This document shows positions 35,818 to 51,000 of a DNA stretch of 64,000 nt, piece by piece. The stretch's first letter is position 1; every line of letters begins with the position of its first letter. Both the position numbers and the translations under genes were made by a program. The notes beneath the pieces are model-generated. The model was given only the letters and a program-made list of their open reading frames with translations. It had not been told where the DNA came from and made no database searches. Origin of the DNA: an uncultured virus (IMG/VR IMGVR_UViG_3300021389_000006) (lineage: Duplodnaviria; Heunggongvirae; Uroviricota; Caudoviricetes); IMG/VR virus record IMGVR_UViG_3300021389_000006. The stretch is one strand, 5' to 3'.

Positions 35818-38800
35818 ATGGCAACATACATTAAAGGAGCAGATACTTACTTACCAGATATTAAACCGTTTACACCGGATTATAAATTCTTGTCTGCAGT
35901 TTTAGAAACAAGAACTGATAAGTATGATGCCAATTTTAAAGCAACTAATGATCTATACAACAAGGTAGTATATGCTGACTTATCTAGAGAAGATAACAAA
36001 ACAAAGAGAGATCAATATGCAGAAACTATAGCACCAGCTATTGAAAAAATTTCTGGTATGGATTTGTCATTACAACAAAATGCAGATAATGCTAGAAGTG
36101 TTTTTGCACCTTTTTATGAGGATGATTTAATTGTAAAAGACATAGTATATACATCTGCATATAGAAAAGAAATGGCACATGCACAACGGTTACTAGATCA
36201 AGGAACTGAAGTTGCTGCTGATAGATATTCTGAGCGTGGTAAAAGAAGCTTGCAATATCAATTAGATGATTTTATAAATGCTGATGCAAGTAAAGCATTA
36301 AATATGAAATTGCCTAATTATGTGCAGAATGTTAACCTATATAAAATGTCTGAAAAGATATTAGGTGAAATGGACCCTCCATTAAAAATGAAAATGGATC
36401 AGTTTAGTGAAGATGGCAATTACATTATTACTAATCAAAATGGTTCACTTGTTACTGGTGCTGCATTACAAATATTACAGCAGACTTTAATGAAAGATCC
36501 AAGAGTACAAGCAGCTTATGCAGATGATGCGTTTGTAGCTAGTAGAGATTTTGCAGCTAATGGTATGCAAGCAGGAGCTTTTCAAACAGTAGAAGAAGGA
36601 CAAAACGCATGGGCTGCTGAAACCATTAATAGAATTAATCAAAGAAATGATCTGGCTATACAAGCAGGGTTAGAAGATCAAGCAAAACAAATTAATGTAA
36701 ATGCTAATTGGGAAAACTACCAAAAACAAAATGGTATAATTCCAGGTTCTGATATGTCACAAGCATTAGAGGAAAACATGTCTGTTGCTGAGGCAACTCA
36801 AGCAGCATTGGATGCACGTATGAATATTAAAAGAGAAGGGCAATTACCTACTAACAGTGTAGATGGCAATTTAAACAAAGCATATAGAATGCTTATGGGT
36901 GCCAATATTGAAACTGATTTAGTAAATGCTGCTATATCTTATGGTGCAAGAGATCAAGAGCACACTATCAGAGTCAATGAAAGAAAGATGATGGATGATA
37001 GGTTTAGATATGACATGGCTAAGATTAGAGCTAATGCAGAAAATGATATGAACTTAGCAAAGTATAAAGCTGATAGAGAAGAAGATTTAGCAGCTAAGAA
37101 AGGTGAGCTTATAGGAAGTCAAGGTAATCCATTAGGAAATGCACTTACAGATACTAGAGTAAACTTTGGTGATGGTACTACTATTACTGGAGCAGTTGAT
37201 GATGATGGTCAGTTAGATCCAAATACTGATTTAATTCAGAGAACTAATGAACAATTCCTAAAAGAAGATGGTAAAATATTTAATGATCAGTTAGAAGATA
37301 GTTTAGCTATGATGCAGCTATTAAATCCAACAGGAGATAATGCTAGCCAAGATCAAACATATGGTGTTACTTTATCTGATGGTTCAGAATATAGAGGTAC
37401 TATAGAAGAGATAAGAAAAAAGCTAAGTACTTCAGCTGAAATAGATCCTGAAGATGAAAATGCCTTACCAGTATATGATCAAAGAGTGGCAGTAGAAAAT
37501 CTATTTGGCCAGTTATCTACAGAGTTTAAAGATACTAGACAAAGAACTCTAGATGATCCATCATTAACAATGGGTACAGATAAAAGAAATCAATATGATG
37601 CATTATATAATAAGGTTTGGGGTCTTAATGGTACAATAAATAAAAGAGATGGGTTAGATCAATTTATGACTACTGCTTTAGATAATCATAAAGCGGCATA
37701 TGATTTATCTGCTGCTGCAGTATTAAAAGAGGATGATGGAGATAATATATATGCTCAAATGGATGAAGCAGGATTCCCTCCTATAATGAATGATAATGGT
37801 ACTCTAATGTCCTATGAAGAGTATGAAGAATTAGTACTTAAAGGAGTTAAAGAAGGTAATATAACCAACCCTAATTTAGACTGGAAATGGGATACAGGTA
37901 CTAACAATGAAGACTACATGATTCCTGCTTATGAAATGGTAAGAGAATATGATCCTATTTATGGAAACTATGTAGAGAGAGCTAAACCAATATATAATAA
38001 GGATGGTTCTAGAGCAAGGATGATTGATGAAAGAGCAGTTAAAGATGAAGCTCAAAGATTTTATCAGAAAAACAGAGATGTATTAAACATGACTTTAACT
38101 TCAGGTAAAGTTGCTAGTGGAGATTTATATTCTACGGCTTATGGACGTAGTGATGCAAAAGGGGTGGATGTTGTTATGGCACCTACTTATGAGTATACTT
38201 TAGATCCACTATCTCCAAATCCTCAAGCAGAAGCAGAAATGGTTCAGCTAATAAACCAATTAAATACATTAGACAATGCTGGTACAGGATATGGTATTAT
38301 ACAAGGAGATATAGATGCAGCAAACTTCTTTGGTTATGATGATGTACAAAGTATGATGCAACAAGATGCAACAGCTATAAAAGCATGGAACTTATATAAA
38401 CAAGATTTAAATACATGGTATAACAATCCTAAGAGATCAAATACTGCTAAAATAGCTCCTAGAGCTACTATACAGTATATGCCATCATATGGTAAGTCAG
38501 ATGATCCTACTAAAACCAATGCAGGATATAGAGTAATATTTAATCCTGAGTGGTTAGCAAGTAAGAAACAAGGAAGTAATACTGCAAGTGGAACTGGCTC
38601 AGAATTTGGTGCATTAACTACTGATGAAATAAACAGTTTAACTGGAGCTAGCTCAGTAGAAGATGGTGTTCAAGGAACTGCAGGTATTAGTTTTATTATA
38701 CCACAAGAGTTTGATGGTAACACTAAGAGTATAGATAACTTATATTATTCAAATGTAGAAACAGCTATACTTGCTGGTAATAATGGATATGCAGAGTTTG

Positions 38801-39063
38801 AGATGCCTGAAGGATTATCACCAACTGGAACTTACAGAGTAATTAAAACAGGTACAAATCAATATAATCTACATTATTCTATTAATACATATGTGCCGGG
38901 TGGTACTTACACAACTAGAACAGAGACACAACCTATTAATATGCAAAATGGATTAAGAGGACTTGATATACATATAGCTAATTTTGATAAATTTTTAAGA
39001 AATAAAAGAGAAGAAAATAGATTGGCTAGGGAAAAAGATAATGCTGAAAACGGACAAAGATAA
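35818..39063 (+). CDS. Large ejected virion protein preceding the RNAP
   Basis: 1081-aa helical protein directly upstream of the virion RNAP, as in the crAss-like three-giant-gene block. Confidence 0.55.
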   Translation: MATYIKGADTYLPDIKPFTPDYKFLSAVLETRTDKYDANFKATNDLYNKVVYADLSREDNKTKRDQYAETIAPAIEKISGMDLSLQQNADNARSVFAPFYEDDLIVKDIVYTSAYRKEMAHAQRLLDQGTEVAADRYSERGKRSLQYQLDDFINADASKALNMKLPNYVQNVNLYKMSEKILGEMDPPLKMKMDQFSEDGNYIITNQNGSLVTGAALQILQQTLMKDPRVQAAYADDAFVASRDFAANGMQAGAFQTVEEGQNAWAAETINRINQRNDLAIQAGLEDQAKQINVNANWENYQKQNGIIPGSDMSQALEENMSVAEATQAALDARMNIKREGQLPTNSVDGNLNKAYRMLMGANIETDLVNAAISYGARDQEHTIRVNERKMMDDRFRYDMAKIRANAENDMNLAKYKADREEDLAAKKGELIGSQGNPLGNALTDTRVNFGDGTTITGAVDDDGQLDPNTDLIQRTNEQFLKEDGKIFNDQLEDSLAMMQLLNPTGDNASQDQTYGVTLSDGSEYRGTIEEIRKKLSTSAEIDPEDENALPVYDQRVAVENLFGQLSTEFKDTRQRTLDDPSLTMGTDKRNQYDALYNKVWGLNGTINKRDGLDQFMTTALDNHKAAYDLSAAAVLKEDDGDNIYAQMDEAGFPPIMNDNGTLMSYEEYEELVLKGVKEGNITNPNLDWKWDTGTNNEDYMIPAYEMVREYDPIYGNYVERAKPIYNKDGSRARMIDERAVKDEAQRFYQKNRDVLNMTLTSGKVASGDLYSTAYGRSDAKGVDVVMAPTYEYTLDPLSPNPQAEAEMVQLINQLNTLDNAGTGYGIIQGDIDAANFFGYDDVQSMMQQDATAIKAWNLYKQDLNTWYNNPKRSNTAKIAPRATIQYMPSYGKSDDPTKTNAGYRVIFNPEWLASKKQGSNTASGTGSEFGALTTDEINSLTGASSVEDGVQGTAGISFIIPQEFDGNTKSIDNLYYSNVETAILAGNNGYAEFEMPEGLSPTGTYRVIKTGTNQYNLHYSINTYVPGGTYTTRTETQPINMQNGLRGLDIHIANFDKFLRNKREENRLAREKDNAENGQR

Positions 39064-39069
39064 AAATAG

Positions 39070-42000
39070 ATGGAGAACCAAAATGACAAGAGCTTTCAGA
39101 ATGACTCTCTAGCTACTACTATACAAGAAACACAAAGACCTTATTCTAGTGTAGTTAATCCAGCAGATGAGAGATTTATTCCTGTTACAGAAATGTTTGA
39201 TAATGCTTATACGCAGATAGCAGATATAAATGCTGTTGATCCAAGCATTATATCAGGTGTTAATAGATTTAAGAATGAGTTAGATCAGTATGGTATACCT
39301 GCTTTAGCTAACTTAGGTGTAGCACGTCCATCTTTAGCTACTGGTACTTTTGATCCTGTTGCTCAACAAAACCCACCTGATAATGATTTTAGTAAGATTC
39401 AAAGAATTTTAAATGATAATGTTTCTGCTGGACCTTCTAATGATATAGAAGCACCACGATTTGTCAATATGAGAAGTGCTCAGTTTGACAGATACTTTAA
39501 TCATTCAAGTTTTAATGATTTAGGTTTTGCACCTTACAGTAATATGGAAGAGTATTACAATGTAAATAGTGATGTGTATGATGACATGTCTAGAATGTGG
39601 GGTCAATGGACTAGTTTGGCTGGCTCAGGATTTAGTAGTGTATATAGATCTATAGGAGATTTATTTGATGGTGATGATTATTTTTATCAACCTGATACAA
39701 CTACTGCATTAGAGTTTGAGGATGCAATGAGAATTGGTAACTCCTCTAGAGATGGGGGTATGGCTTGGACTAACAACCTATTACTAAACTCTGCATATAC
39801 AATGGGTATTATAGGTTCTATTGCTGTAGAAGAGTTAGCACTATTTGCTGCTGCAGGAGTACAAGGTTTTTTAAATCCTGCTTCAGATGCAGTGTTATTA
39901 GCCAGAACTGGAGCAAACCTAAAAAGACTAGCAGTTGAAGGAGCAAGAGTATTTAATGTGTTTAGAGGTATGGAAGCCGGTAGAGACATTTATAGAACTT
40001 TAAAGAGTGCTGACGCAGCAAAAGATTTTTGGTCTGCTGCTAAAACTGGTGGTCAAGTTTTAGGAAATGCATTTGCACCTAATACGTTATATGCACTTAA
40101 GAATTTTAAGACTGCTCAAAATGCAGCACAGAATGGTATTAACATAGCCAAAGCAGCAAATACATTTGGTGGTTTTTATAGAGATGTAAGAGCAGTTAAT
40201 CTAGCATTAGCAGAGAGCAAGCTTGAAGGGGGTATGGTTTATAATAACATTGTAAGAGAAGGTATAGACATATATGAAGCTAAATCAGGAAGAGCTGTTA
40301 CTCCTGAAGAAATGGCTAAGATTACTTCTAAAGCAAGTAAAGCAGCCTTTTATACTACAATGGCTAATGCTCCTATTATATATGCCAGTAACTGGTTTGT
40401 ATTAGGAAATGCAATGGGAGGGTTTAATAGAACTTTAGGTAGAGTTTTTAATGATGCATTTGAAACAGGCTTTAAAACTGTAGTAAAGACTGGAGCAACA
40501 AGAGGTGCGGGTGGTAAATTAATGAAAGATGTCTTTGAAGACGTAGGTTCTAATTTAGCAGGTACTATTAAAAAAGTTAGAGCTGCAGGATGGAAAGGTT
40601 TAGCTGGAAAAGGTGGAGCTGCTATGTTAAGATATAGTGCTTCTAATTTTGCAGAAGGTATACAAGAAGTATCACAAGAAGCTGTAGCAGCAGCAACTGA
40701 AGGATACTTTACAGAGGTTATGAAGGATCCATTGGCTGGTGGTATACAATTAAGGAATGCTTCTATTGCTTCAGGAATGGGATCACAGTTATCTTCAGAA
40801 GGGTTTAGTGTATTTATGTCTGGTTTCTTAATGGGTGGTGTTGTACAAGGACCACAAAAATTATTTTTCCAAGGAGTTCCTTCTATCTATAAGTATGGTT
40901 TAAATGAAGCAGCTTCTGGTTTAGGTTTTGATAAAGGAAGTTTTGGTACTAAAAAACAAACTGAAGCTTGGCAAGAATACAAAACCCAAAGAGATGACTT
41001 TATTAAAACTGTTGTAGATACACACAACACTGCATGGAATAATCAAATAGATGATCCTAACTCATTGTTTGATGAGAATCAATTTAATTTTATGATGCAG
41101 AAGCAGCTTTCTGCAGAGATGAAAGCAGCTGTTAATAATAATGACATGTTTGGTTTTAAGGATGCTCAAGATGCAGCCAAGTTCCAACAAATGTATACTA
41201 TATTTAGTAATGGTACTTCACAAGTTTTTAGAAGTCAGCTTACTGATATGATGACGCTAAGTGATGAAGAGTTATATGAAGCTTATAAAGATGCAGCAGG
41301 AGTAAGCCCTCAAGATATAAAGAACGGAAAGATTAGAGAACGTTTAGGTAAGATGGTAGAAGCCATTGACAAACAAGAAAAAAGCTATAGAGCTAACAAA
41401 GCTAAATTTCCTAACCCATTTGACTCAACCAAGTTCAAAAAGAATACTAATGAATATGTACAAGAAGTATTAAAAGAAAATGCTTGGAATCATGCTAGGT
41501 TTATATATATGTTTACTCAGGATGGTTTTGAAAAAGCTTTAGAAAGATCTAATGCTATATATAGTAAGTTAGAAAATGAGCCTATTTTTGAAAAGATGGC
41601 TGCTAAAGATCTTACTGTACTTCTTAATATGGAAAGTATAGATAAGGAATTAGAAATGCTTAAGGCTGAAATGAAAGTTTTTGCTGATTCAGAACAAAAA
41701 TCAAGAACAAAAGATATAGCTGATAAAGAAGAACGTATTAGTAGATTACAAGCTATTAAAGATATTCTTCAAGATCCTAAATATGCTACTAATCCTAAAG
41801 GAAAAAGAAAAGGTCAGTTTGATAGAAGAAACATCAAAAAATTAAGACCTGCATTTAAAGCTTATGTACAGTACTTAGCAAGAACTCAAGACTCTTTTGT
41901 TAGTGAAGATAATATTGATAAGGCTTTAATAGATATAGTGGATCATATTGCTTTAAGAGGAAGAGCAAGAGTGTATGATAAGACTATTGAATATTTAGGA

Positions 42001-45000
42001 AACCCAGATAGATTTACTGAAATAGTTGATAGACAATATGCATTTGAAAAGCAATATTATGCAAGAATAAAAGAAAATTTTGAAGAAGTAGTAGAAAAGT
42101 ATGTGGGTATAATTGAAGCAAATGAGCTTATAAATCAACTAACATCTATTTCTCCTTCTGTGTTTGCTGATCCACTTGAAACAGCAATGTTCTTAAAGAC
42201 TGGAGATAGTAAACATTTAAAAACTTTTTACACTGCAGATGGACCGGTTACTATGCTTAATGCAGACGGTGCTATGGAAGTACTTAATAAAAAAGTATAT
42301 GAGCAAATAAAGAGTAAGCTTATTAATTATAATGGAATTAAAGAGCAAGATACTACTGAGCAAACTCAACCAAAAGAAAAGACAGAAGATCAAGTTGTAA
42401 ATGAAGCAGCAGCAGACGTAGAAGATACTCTTAATAATATGGGTATAGAAGTGGAATTACCACAGACTAATAATACTCCCATGCTTAATGCTTTACTAGA
42501 AAGAAAATATAGAAAGTATGCTGCAAGTGCTGCTATAATGGGTGACCCAGTATTATCTTTTGAGAAATGGAGAAACACAGAAGAAGGAATTAATTTGCAG
42601 AATGGTTTTAATGCAGTTAAGAAAATCTGGGCTGCTGGTGGAATGACCAATAATCCTGATACTCAACAACCAGAGTATGTGAGTCCTTTAAGTAGGGAGC
42701 AAATACTATCAGAAAATGGATTTCAAGAATGGTCACAAAGCAGAGAAACAATAGAAAGTCCTGATGTAAAAAGAGTATTAGATCAATTAAATCTTACGCT
42801 AGCTGATATATTTATACAGCCGGATGCAGTAGGTGATGAAGGATCTGCAGTATTAGGTGACCAAAAGAAAAAAGTAAAATTAAAAGGATCAACAGCTGCT
42901 ATTATTCAAATTGATACAGTAGATATAAATACAGGAGAAGCAGTTACATATTATAAGGTTACTGACTTGCAAGGAAACAATCTTTCTAAACAGTTGTTAG
43001 ACTTTTTAACAGCAAAAAACAAGACTCACAGTTTTGGATCTTTTAGAACATTAGGTGCTGCTAAAGATGCATTTAAGATTATAGAAGCTACTGCACCAGA
43101 CACAACAGTTTTTCCTTTTGATAATGTAGAAGGTTTGAGTCAAGGGATGATAGTTTATAAAGACAATGAACCATATATCATTTTAAGTAATCCTGGTGAG
43201 GCAGCAAGAGGATATTTAAAAGTTATACCGGCTGCATTAAATACACCAAACAAAAAAGAATTAAAGAGCAATACTATTACTTTAAAAGAAGGAGAGTTTA
43301 AAGGTGTATATGCTCCACAAAAATTAGACACTACAAGATTAAATGCTAATGTAGCAAGGATAGATGTTAATGAACCTGTAACACCATATAAAGCAGTTAA
43401 TGAAGGAGAAGGTTCTGGATCAAATGGAACTGCAGAAGCAAGATACAATGTTATTATATCAGCATTATCAAAAGATGATTTAGCAAACTTAGAGTACGTT
43501 ATCACTGTACCTGAGAATAGTGGAGAAGTAAGTACTAGACAATTTAGTATGGTAGGTAAAGATGGTCAAACATATTTGTCACCTAACCCACTTATAAGAC
43601 TTGCAACAAGTAAGTATCAAATAGGGATAAGAGTTAAAGATCCAGCTGCACAAGAAAAAATATATCAAGCATTAACAAAAGCTAATCTAGCTCCTAACAC
43701 TAATCCAGGAGGTTTTTTTGCATTCTTAAATAATCAGTATGTTGTAATGGAAGACATGCAGGGTAACCCTGTAGATCCACGTAGTATGACTGAAGAGCAA
43801 ATGCTTAATACTATATATCCAGGCGGTGTACAAAACATGTCTAATAAAGAGTTGTTAGATCTAGTTCATAATAACTTTGCATTAAATGCTTTAATAGTAA
43901 ATGAATTAGACTCATTAAACTTGACAGTTGAAAGTGAGCCATATGTATTTGAAAAAGGCTTTGGTAAGTTTGGACTTAAAGTACAAGGTGGTAGAGTAGC
44001 TTATCCAAAAGGAGCACAAGCTGCAAGAAGTGTAAATGATTTAATGTTTACTGACTCAGATTTAAATGGTGGTGTTCTTATATATGATATGAAGTATGAT
44101 GAGAACACTGGAAAAAGAACTGTTCAAACTGTAACTAATTTAGAAGGTGATGCACAAGCTAGATTAAGAGCAGATGTAAAACAGGGCCTTTTAGAGCAAG
44201 GGTTATACAATCAAATGTTAAATGGTACTGATAGATATTATGTAATTATCAAACTACCTAATGGTACTTATGCACCTGTAAATGTTAAATCTAATAGACT
44301 TACTACTCTTGAGATAAGTGAATTATATAATGAGGTTATTGAGAGAGCTCAATTAACTTTAAAAGATAATGCTAAAGGAGAAGATGTTTTATTTAATGAT
44401 AAATGGAATGAAGACTTAGGCAATAGATTATTTATAAGTAATAAGCCAGGTTATATTATTGACTTAGAGGTAAGCCCTTATGGTAAACCACAGTTTGTAC
44501 TAAAAAAGAAATTAGGCAAAGATAATATTGAAGAGATTGCTAGAGTTGAGTTAGATAAAGATAAAGTAAGAGATAAAGAGTTATCTTCAGATCAAAAGAT
44601 TCAGTCTCTTATTAATGACTTTAATAATGATGAAGCGGTAAGAGGAGAAGCAGTAAAAATTTCAGCAGGTAATTTAAGACAATCATTTGCAGATGGTGCA
44701 CCAGTAGAAGAAATACTAGCAAAAACCAGCACTTCTGTTTTACCTAAAGTTATTGAACAACAAAAATTAAGAGTAACTGCTGATGCGGTAGCTATAGAAG
44801 CTTCAAAACAAATTGCTTTTATTAATCCTACAAAACCAGAAGATGTTAAACCTCAACCAAATCCTACTAATGAAGAACTAGGAGATGCAGGTTTAGAAGG
44901 GTTAACAGATGAGGAGTTTGAAGAATTAGTATCTGAAGATTTTGAAAGTGTTAATAATGAATTTTTACAACCTGTAGTTAACAAACTACTAAGAGGCATA

Positions 45001-48000
45001 GATTTAAATACTAGAGAGGAAGCTGTGTTTAAAGCTTTAGAGTCTAAGATAGAGCTATTAGTTTTAAATCAAGGAGGTAGAAATAGTTTGGCAGAAGCAA
45101 CAGAAGTTGTAGAGAGTCCTTTACAAAGAGCTAAAGATGAATTAGATCTATATAAAGAAGAATTACTTGAGGGTGTTCCTTTTAAACAACATGCTAAAAC
45201 ATTAAAAGCAAGTAAAGAATATCAAAGACTACTTAAGAATTACAAAGACTTAGCAAGAATTGCTAATAAAATATTAGAATCAAGTAGAACTCCACAAGAA
45301 GTTGAAGACATTGATACATTTATTGATTGGGCAAGAGTTAATCTACCTGATTATATTTCTGTTGAAAGTTTGCAAAACCTACAAGATAACTTCCAAAGTA
45401 CTAACCAGCGTGTGGGTGCCTTTATGTTAAACATGAGTCACATAGGTAATGGTGTTGAGGGAACTATTTTTACAAGTGCCGTTTCACCATTTAAATATCA
45501 TGAGGCTTTCCATGGTGTGTTTAGAATGTTACTTACTCAAGAAGAGATAGTAAAATACCGTTCTATAGCTAGAAAAGAAGTTAGAGCTAAGCTTAGAGCA
45601 GAAGGTAAAAGCTTTAAAAAAGAATTAGAAATATTCAGAAACTCAGCTAGTACATATACTAATATGACTGAGAAGGAATTACAAAATGAATATTATGAAG
45701 AGTACCTTGCAGATGAGTTTGAGAAGTTTAAGATGGACCCAAAGAGCACTAATGTGGATGCTGAAGTTAAGTCTTTGTTCACTAGATTTATTGAATGGAT
45801 TAAATCTTTATTCAATAATGTTGCACAAGACGAGCTTCAAATCTTATTTAAGAACATTGATTCTGGGAAATACCAACAAGCACAAGTAGCCAAAAATGAA
45901 TTTACTGCAGCTCTGAATGCTGGCCCTATAGTAGCTAATGCATTATTACCATATAGTAGTGAGCAGGTTCAGGATGCAACAGGTAGAGTAAGAACTGGAG
46001 TACTATATCTAAATAGTGATATAGCAAACCCTATGATAGGAAGCATTGCTGCAATGTTCTTGTCTAGAGTAAGACAAATAGAAGGTGAGTATAATCCTAA
46101 AGAAGTATTAGATACATTAATTGAAGACTTCCAAAACTTATACAACCCTAGAAATCCTTCTAATGAATCATTAACAGAAGAACAACTTGCAGAGTTAGAG
46201 TCTATCCAGGATGCGTTTAACATTTATCCAGAAGAAATAACTAAAGCTGTTGTAGCACAATTAAATACTATTGGAACACAAGTTGATGAAGAGCAATTTA
46301 CAATGGATGAGTTTGAAGATTCTACAGGAATTAGAACAACTACTCAATATGGTAAAGATGCATCATTGTCTGGTGGTTTTAATTCTTTATCTACTTTCCT
46401 AAGAGGCTATATAGCTACAACTAACCTTGAAGCTAATGAGCAAGGTGAGGTTATGGATTTATATGGTAACGTTAGCTTAGAGAGTTCTGATCAAAGATTT
46501 GACAATCAACCATTAATTATTCCAGTAGATGCACAGTATGCATATAACGCATTACTTAAGGCTGTTAAAAATACAGAAGATACTAAACAAATTTTAGAAC
46601 AGATGTATGCATTTGGAGTTGATAACCCACATGCAGGTGCAGTAGTTAATAGAATTTTAAACCAAGCAGGTATAAGTCCTGAGACACTATTAAGTAATGA
46701 TCCATTACCAACTAACTTTGTAATGAAAGATCCCGGCTTCTTGCAAGCAGTAATAAAAGGATTTCAAAACTATAGAGTTAACTACATATTTAATGAAAGA
46801 GATGAATATGGTAATGTAAGAGTATATTCAGCTGCACAAAGAGATGATATAAATGCTCAATTAGATAAATGGAATCAAGCCTTTATAAGCAAGAAGAAAA
46901 GATTTAATGACCCTAAAGTAGAAAATCAAATAGAAGTATTACTAGACGGGTTAAGTGATTTGTTATCATCTAAAAAAGCAATAACAAATAAACTACTCTC
47001 TAAAAAAGCTAATCAATATTCTATAGACTTATTTAACTTGACAGGTATTAAGTTAAGTCCTTTATACATACGCTTTAGTGCACTACAAGACAAACCCACA
47101 TCTGTACTAAATGTATCTCAAGCTAGTTTAGTTAGAAATAATGCTGATCAAAAAGGTATAAATAGAGTTGGTATTAATCCTACTGCACAAACAGGACAAG
47201 AATATGTAACTACAGTAGAACAATTAAGACTTGCTATTCAAACAGGTGCAAATATTTTTAGCACACGTAAAGATGGTATGGCTTCTAGATTATATGAGTT
47301 GTCACAAAACAATGCTGCATTTGATGAAACTGTAGGTGCTTCAGTATTTAAAAACCCTAATGGTGATTTAGTATACTCACATCAATTACCTACCTATCAC
47401 TTAAAACAAATAAAAGCTTTAAATAACTCTAGCACTTTTGATCAGTTAATACTTGATGATCCTTATTTAGCTAATAACTATTTATTAAATAGCTCAGCTT
47501 TTAGAAACATGTCTAATAAAAATATGATAATTGTTTCTAGAGTAGCCGGAAGTAAATTAGGTAGAGAGTTAACATCAGAAGAAGATTTAAATGATTCTAT
47601 AAGTGGTATTAAATCTACCTCAACTTATGGTGACTTTACTGCTCAAGAGTTTGCAATCAATATGATAAACAACTACACTGCTTTCTTTAATACTAAAAGC
47701 AATAAAGTAGACCGAGTAGTAGATGCAGAAGGTAATGAAGTAGCTATTGCTCCAGTTCTTATTAGAGTAATGGAAGCTTCTAACACTGGAGACACAATAG
47801 GATTGCCAGTAATAAAAGCTGTTGAGACAGTAAATGGTGAAGTAGTTATAACTGATACAGCAGTTGATATAGTTGTTAATGAAATTGCAACAGAGTTTAA
47901 CAGAATAGTAAGAGAAGGATTAGAACTAAACAATGAATCAAGAAATATAATTGCAGGTTATAATCAGAATGAAAATGGTAGAGCATTTAAATTCCAAAAT

Positions 48001-51000
48001 AATAGACTTTCTATTTCTGAAAAACTTAAACAAGATTTAATTGCAGTTGCTTTAGAACAAACTAAAGCTGGTGAGACTGTAACTTTAGAGAAGGCATTAT
48101 CTTTAATAGATAGTAATATGGCTACTGTCAGAAAAGAAATAAGAGATAATATTGAAATTCAATTTGATGAATTCCAAGATACGTTAGATGAATTAAATGT
48201 AAGGGATCAATTATCTAAATACATTAAAGATGGTTTAACAATAGGACAAGGTGTAGCAAGAAAAGAAACTCTTAAGTCTGCACAACTTCTTAATTTAAAT
48301 TATTTAGAAGAACATAATCTTAAACAAATTTTTATTAATGATTATATAAATACAATATCTATAAACCAAGTGTTATTAGGTGATGAAGCAATGTCATTAA
48401 AAGATCCTATTGATCAAGTTAAAAGAGCTAAGATGCAGAATGCAGCATATTACAATGCATACAGTTCTTTTTCTGCACCACTACTAGGTGTTCAACATAA
48501 TGTAGAGGATATATCTCTAGTTACTTTTGAGGAGCCACAGGGTGTTTCAAGCATTACTGGTAATCCAATAGATAAAGCGGATGCTCAGATGTATATAACT
48601 ACTAAAGCATTTAGATACATGAGGTTTGGTTTTGGTAAACTAACTGAAGCGGAAGCTAAACTTATTGATGCTATTGAAAGTGGTCAAACATTACCTGAAG
48701 GAACATATGATTTAGCTAATAAAATATTTGGTAATGAGCAAGCACCTGTAGGACTAGCAGCTGAACAGAAGTTATTAAACTCTAAAAAATTAGTTTATGG
48801 AGATGGTAAGACATTCTTAAAGATGTCTGCTTTTGTATTAACTCCTCAGTATACTTCAAACTGGGATGCTGTAAGTGAGCAATGGGTTGCTAAACCTAAT
48901 AGAGTAGAACTCCATAACTTAAGAGTTAAACTAGAAGCAATAGAAAAAGGCAAAGAAACTATTAGTATAGCTACTCCTGTTTCTGCATCTAAAATGATGA
49001 AACAGAGAATTAATAATATTGAACAGCTTAGAAATACTAATGAGTTTACAGAGGGAGTTACAACGCTAGATGCTAGGAACATGGGCCTACAAGTTCTAAA
49101 CCCTAGTAACAAACTAGACATTATAGATCCTACACAGATTAAAGAAATCTTAACAGCAGAACAAGATGATAGTGTATTTGTAGAAGGATTGGGTATGACT
49201 GTTGGTGAAATAAGAAAAGCATATAATGATGCTGTGTCAAAAAGAGTAGAGTTAAAGTTTAAAAATAGAAGAAACTTAATATTTACATTAGGTACAGCAC
49301 TAGATGAATTAGCAGTTTCAAGTGAGTCAGGAATGATTACTCCTAATCTTGAGGCATTCTTACAATATGCTATGAATAGTCTTAAGGCTTCACAGTCTAA
49401 TGAAACACTTATAGATTTCTTTTCATCAACAAACGGAATACAAAACTATGATCTTAATAATCCAATAACAGTAAAGAAGTTTGAGCAATTATTCTTAAGC
49501 TACTTTAGTAAAGGTACTTTATCAGAAAGAGCACCGGGGGTTTCATTAACATTAGTATCTGACTTTGGTAATAATGTATATAGAAGAGTATATGAAGTAG
49601 ATGCAAATGGAGTACCAGTAAGATCTGAGGTAATTAGAGAAAAAGTATTTGAAAAGAATCCTGAACCTTTAGTTGAACTTGACTCATTGGTTGAAGGAGA
49701 ACATAATGGTGTGGTTGTATTAGATAGATTAAGAACTGGGTTAATGGAATATACAAACCCTAAAGACAAGAGTACTGCTACAGGTCAGAGATATACAGAA
49801 TTCATGATGCCTGCTCATCACAAAGAAGTAATGGAGCTGGTAGAAGACGGCAGCATGTCAATGCCAGAAGCAATAAGTAAATTATTTGGAGTAAGAATTC
49901 CTACTCAAGATAATCACTCTGCTATAGCTATGAAACTAGTAGACTTTATGCCTGCTTACTATGGATCTAGTGCAATGTTTTCACAAGAACTAGTAGAAGT
50001 ATCAGGAGCAGATTTTGATATTGATAAAGTGTTTGCATTAATAAAAGAGTTTTATGTTAAAGACGGAAAGTTTGTAGAGTATAAACAAGAAGGTAACTAT
50101 GATGAATACTTTAGATACATAAATGAAAGAGTAGTAAAATCAGGAAGTGTTTATGCTGAAGCAGCAAACCTATGGGATGAAGAATCATCTGCATCTAAAA
50201 CTCCTATAACTCTTTCTGAAGAGAATAGTGTTACTGATGCTGGGTTAAGTGAAAGAGGTTTACAAGCCTTAAAAGTATTAGGTCTTCCTATAACTAAAGC
50301 ACAGTACAAATTATATGTAGCTAAACACGGTGTTCCTTATGATGCACCACTAAACAATAAACTTGTAGATCTTAAGTATGCATTAGTATCTAATACTGGT
50401 GTGACGGAAAGTGAATCAGGTGTTCCTATTTCTTATGAGTCAGCAAATACTGATGTATTAAATGATTTATTAGTTGAGTTAGCAAATGAATCACAGTACT
50501 TTAAAGATAAGTTAGAAGAAAATGTATCAGACATCAATAACTTAAACGGTAAGATACTTGCTTTTAAAGCTAATAAAGGTGCATCTATTGGTGCGTTTGT
50601 ATTGCCTAACTTGTATTTAAGTTTATTAACTGAATATAAAGCCACTTTAAAATCTCCAGTTAGAGTTAACGGTAAGTCTTATACCAACTACGGAGTCACA
50701 GTAATGGAGAGTGGTGATAGAAAACAAGATATTAATTCTTCTTTAGTTACTGCAGCAACAGATAATGCTAAAGACCGTTTGATAGGTAAGTTTGGTTTAA
50801 ATAGAAATGCAGCTTCTGTATTAATGAACATGATTGCTTTAGGTATTCCATTAAAGACGGGAGTATTACTTCTTAATAATCCAAAAATACAAGAGCTTTA
50901 TGATACAGCCATAAACAAAAATGATCAGTTTGATGCAGGTATTATTTCTTTAGTTGATGCTGAGATAGGAGATTCCAAAGATAAAGCTATGGTAACAGAT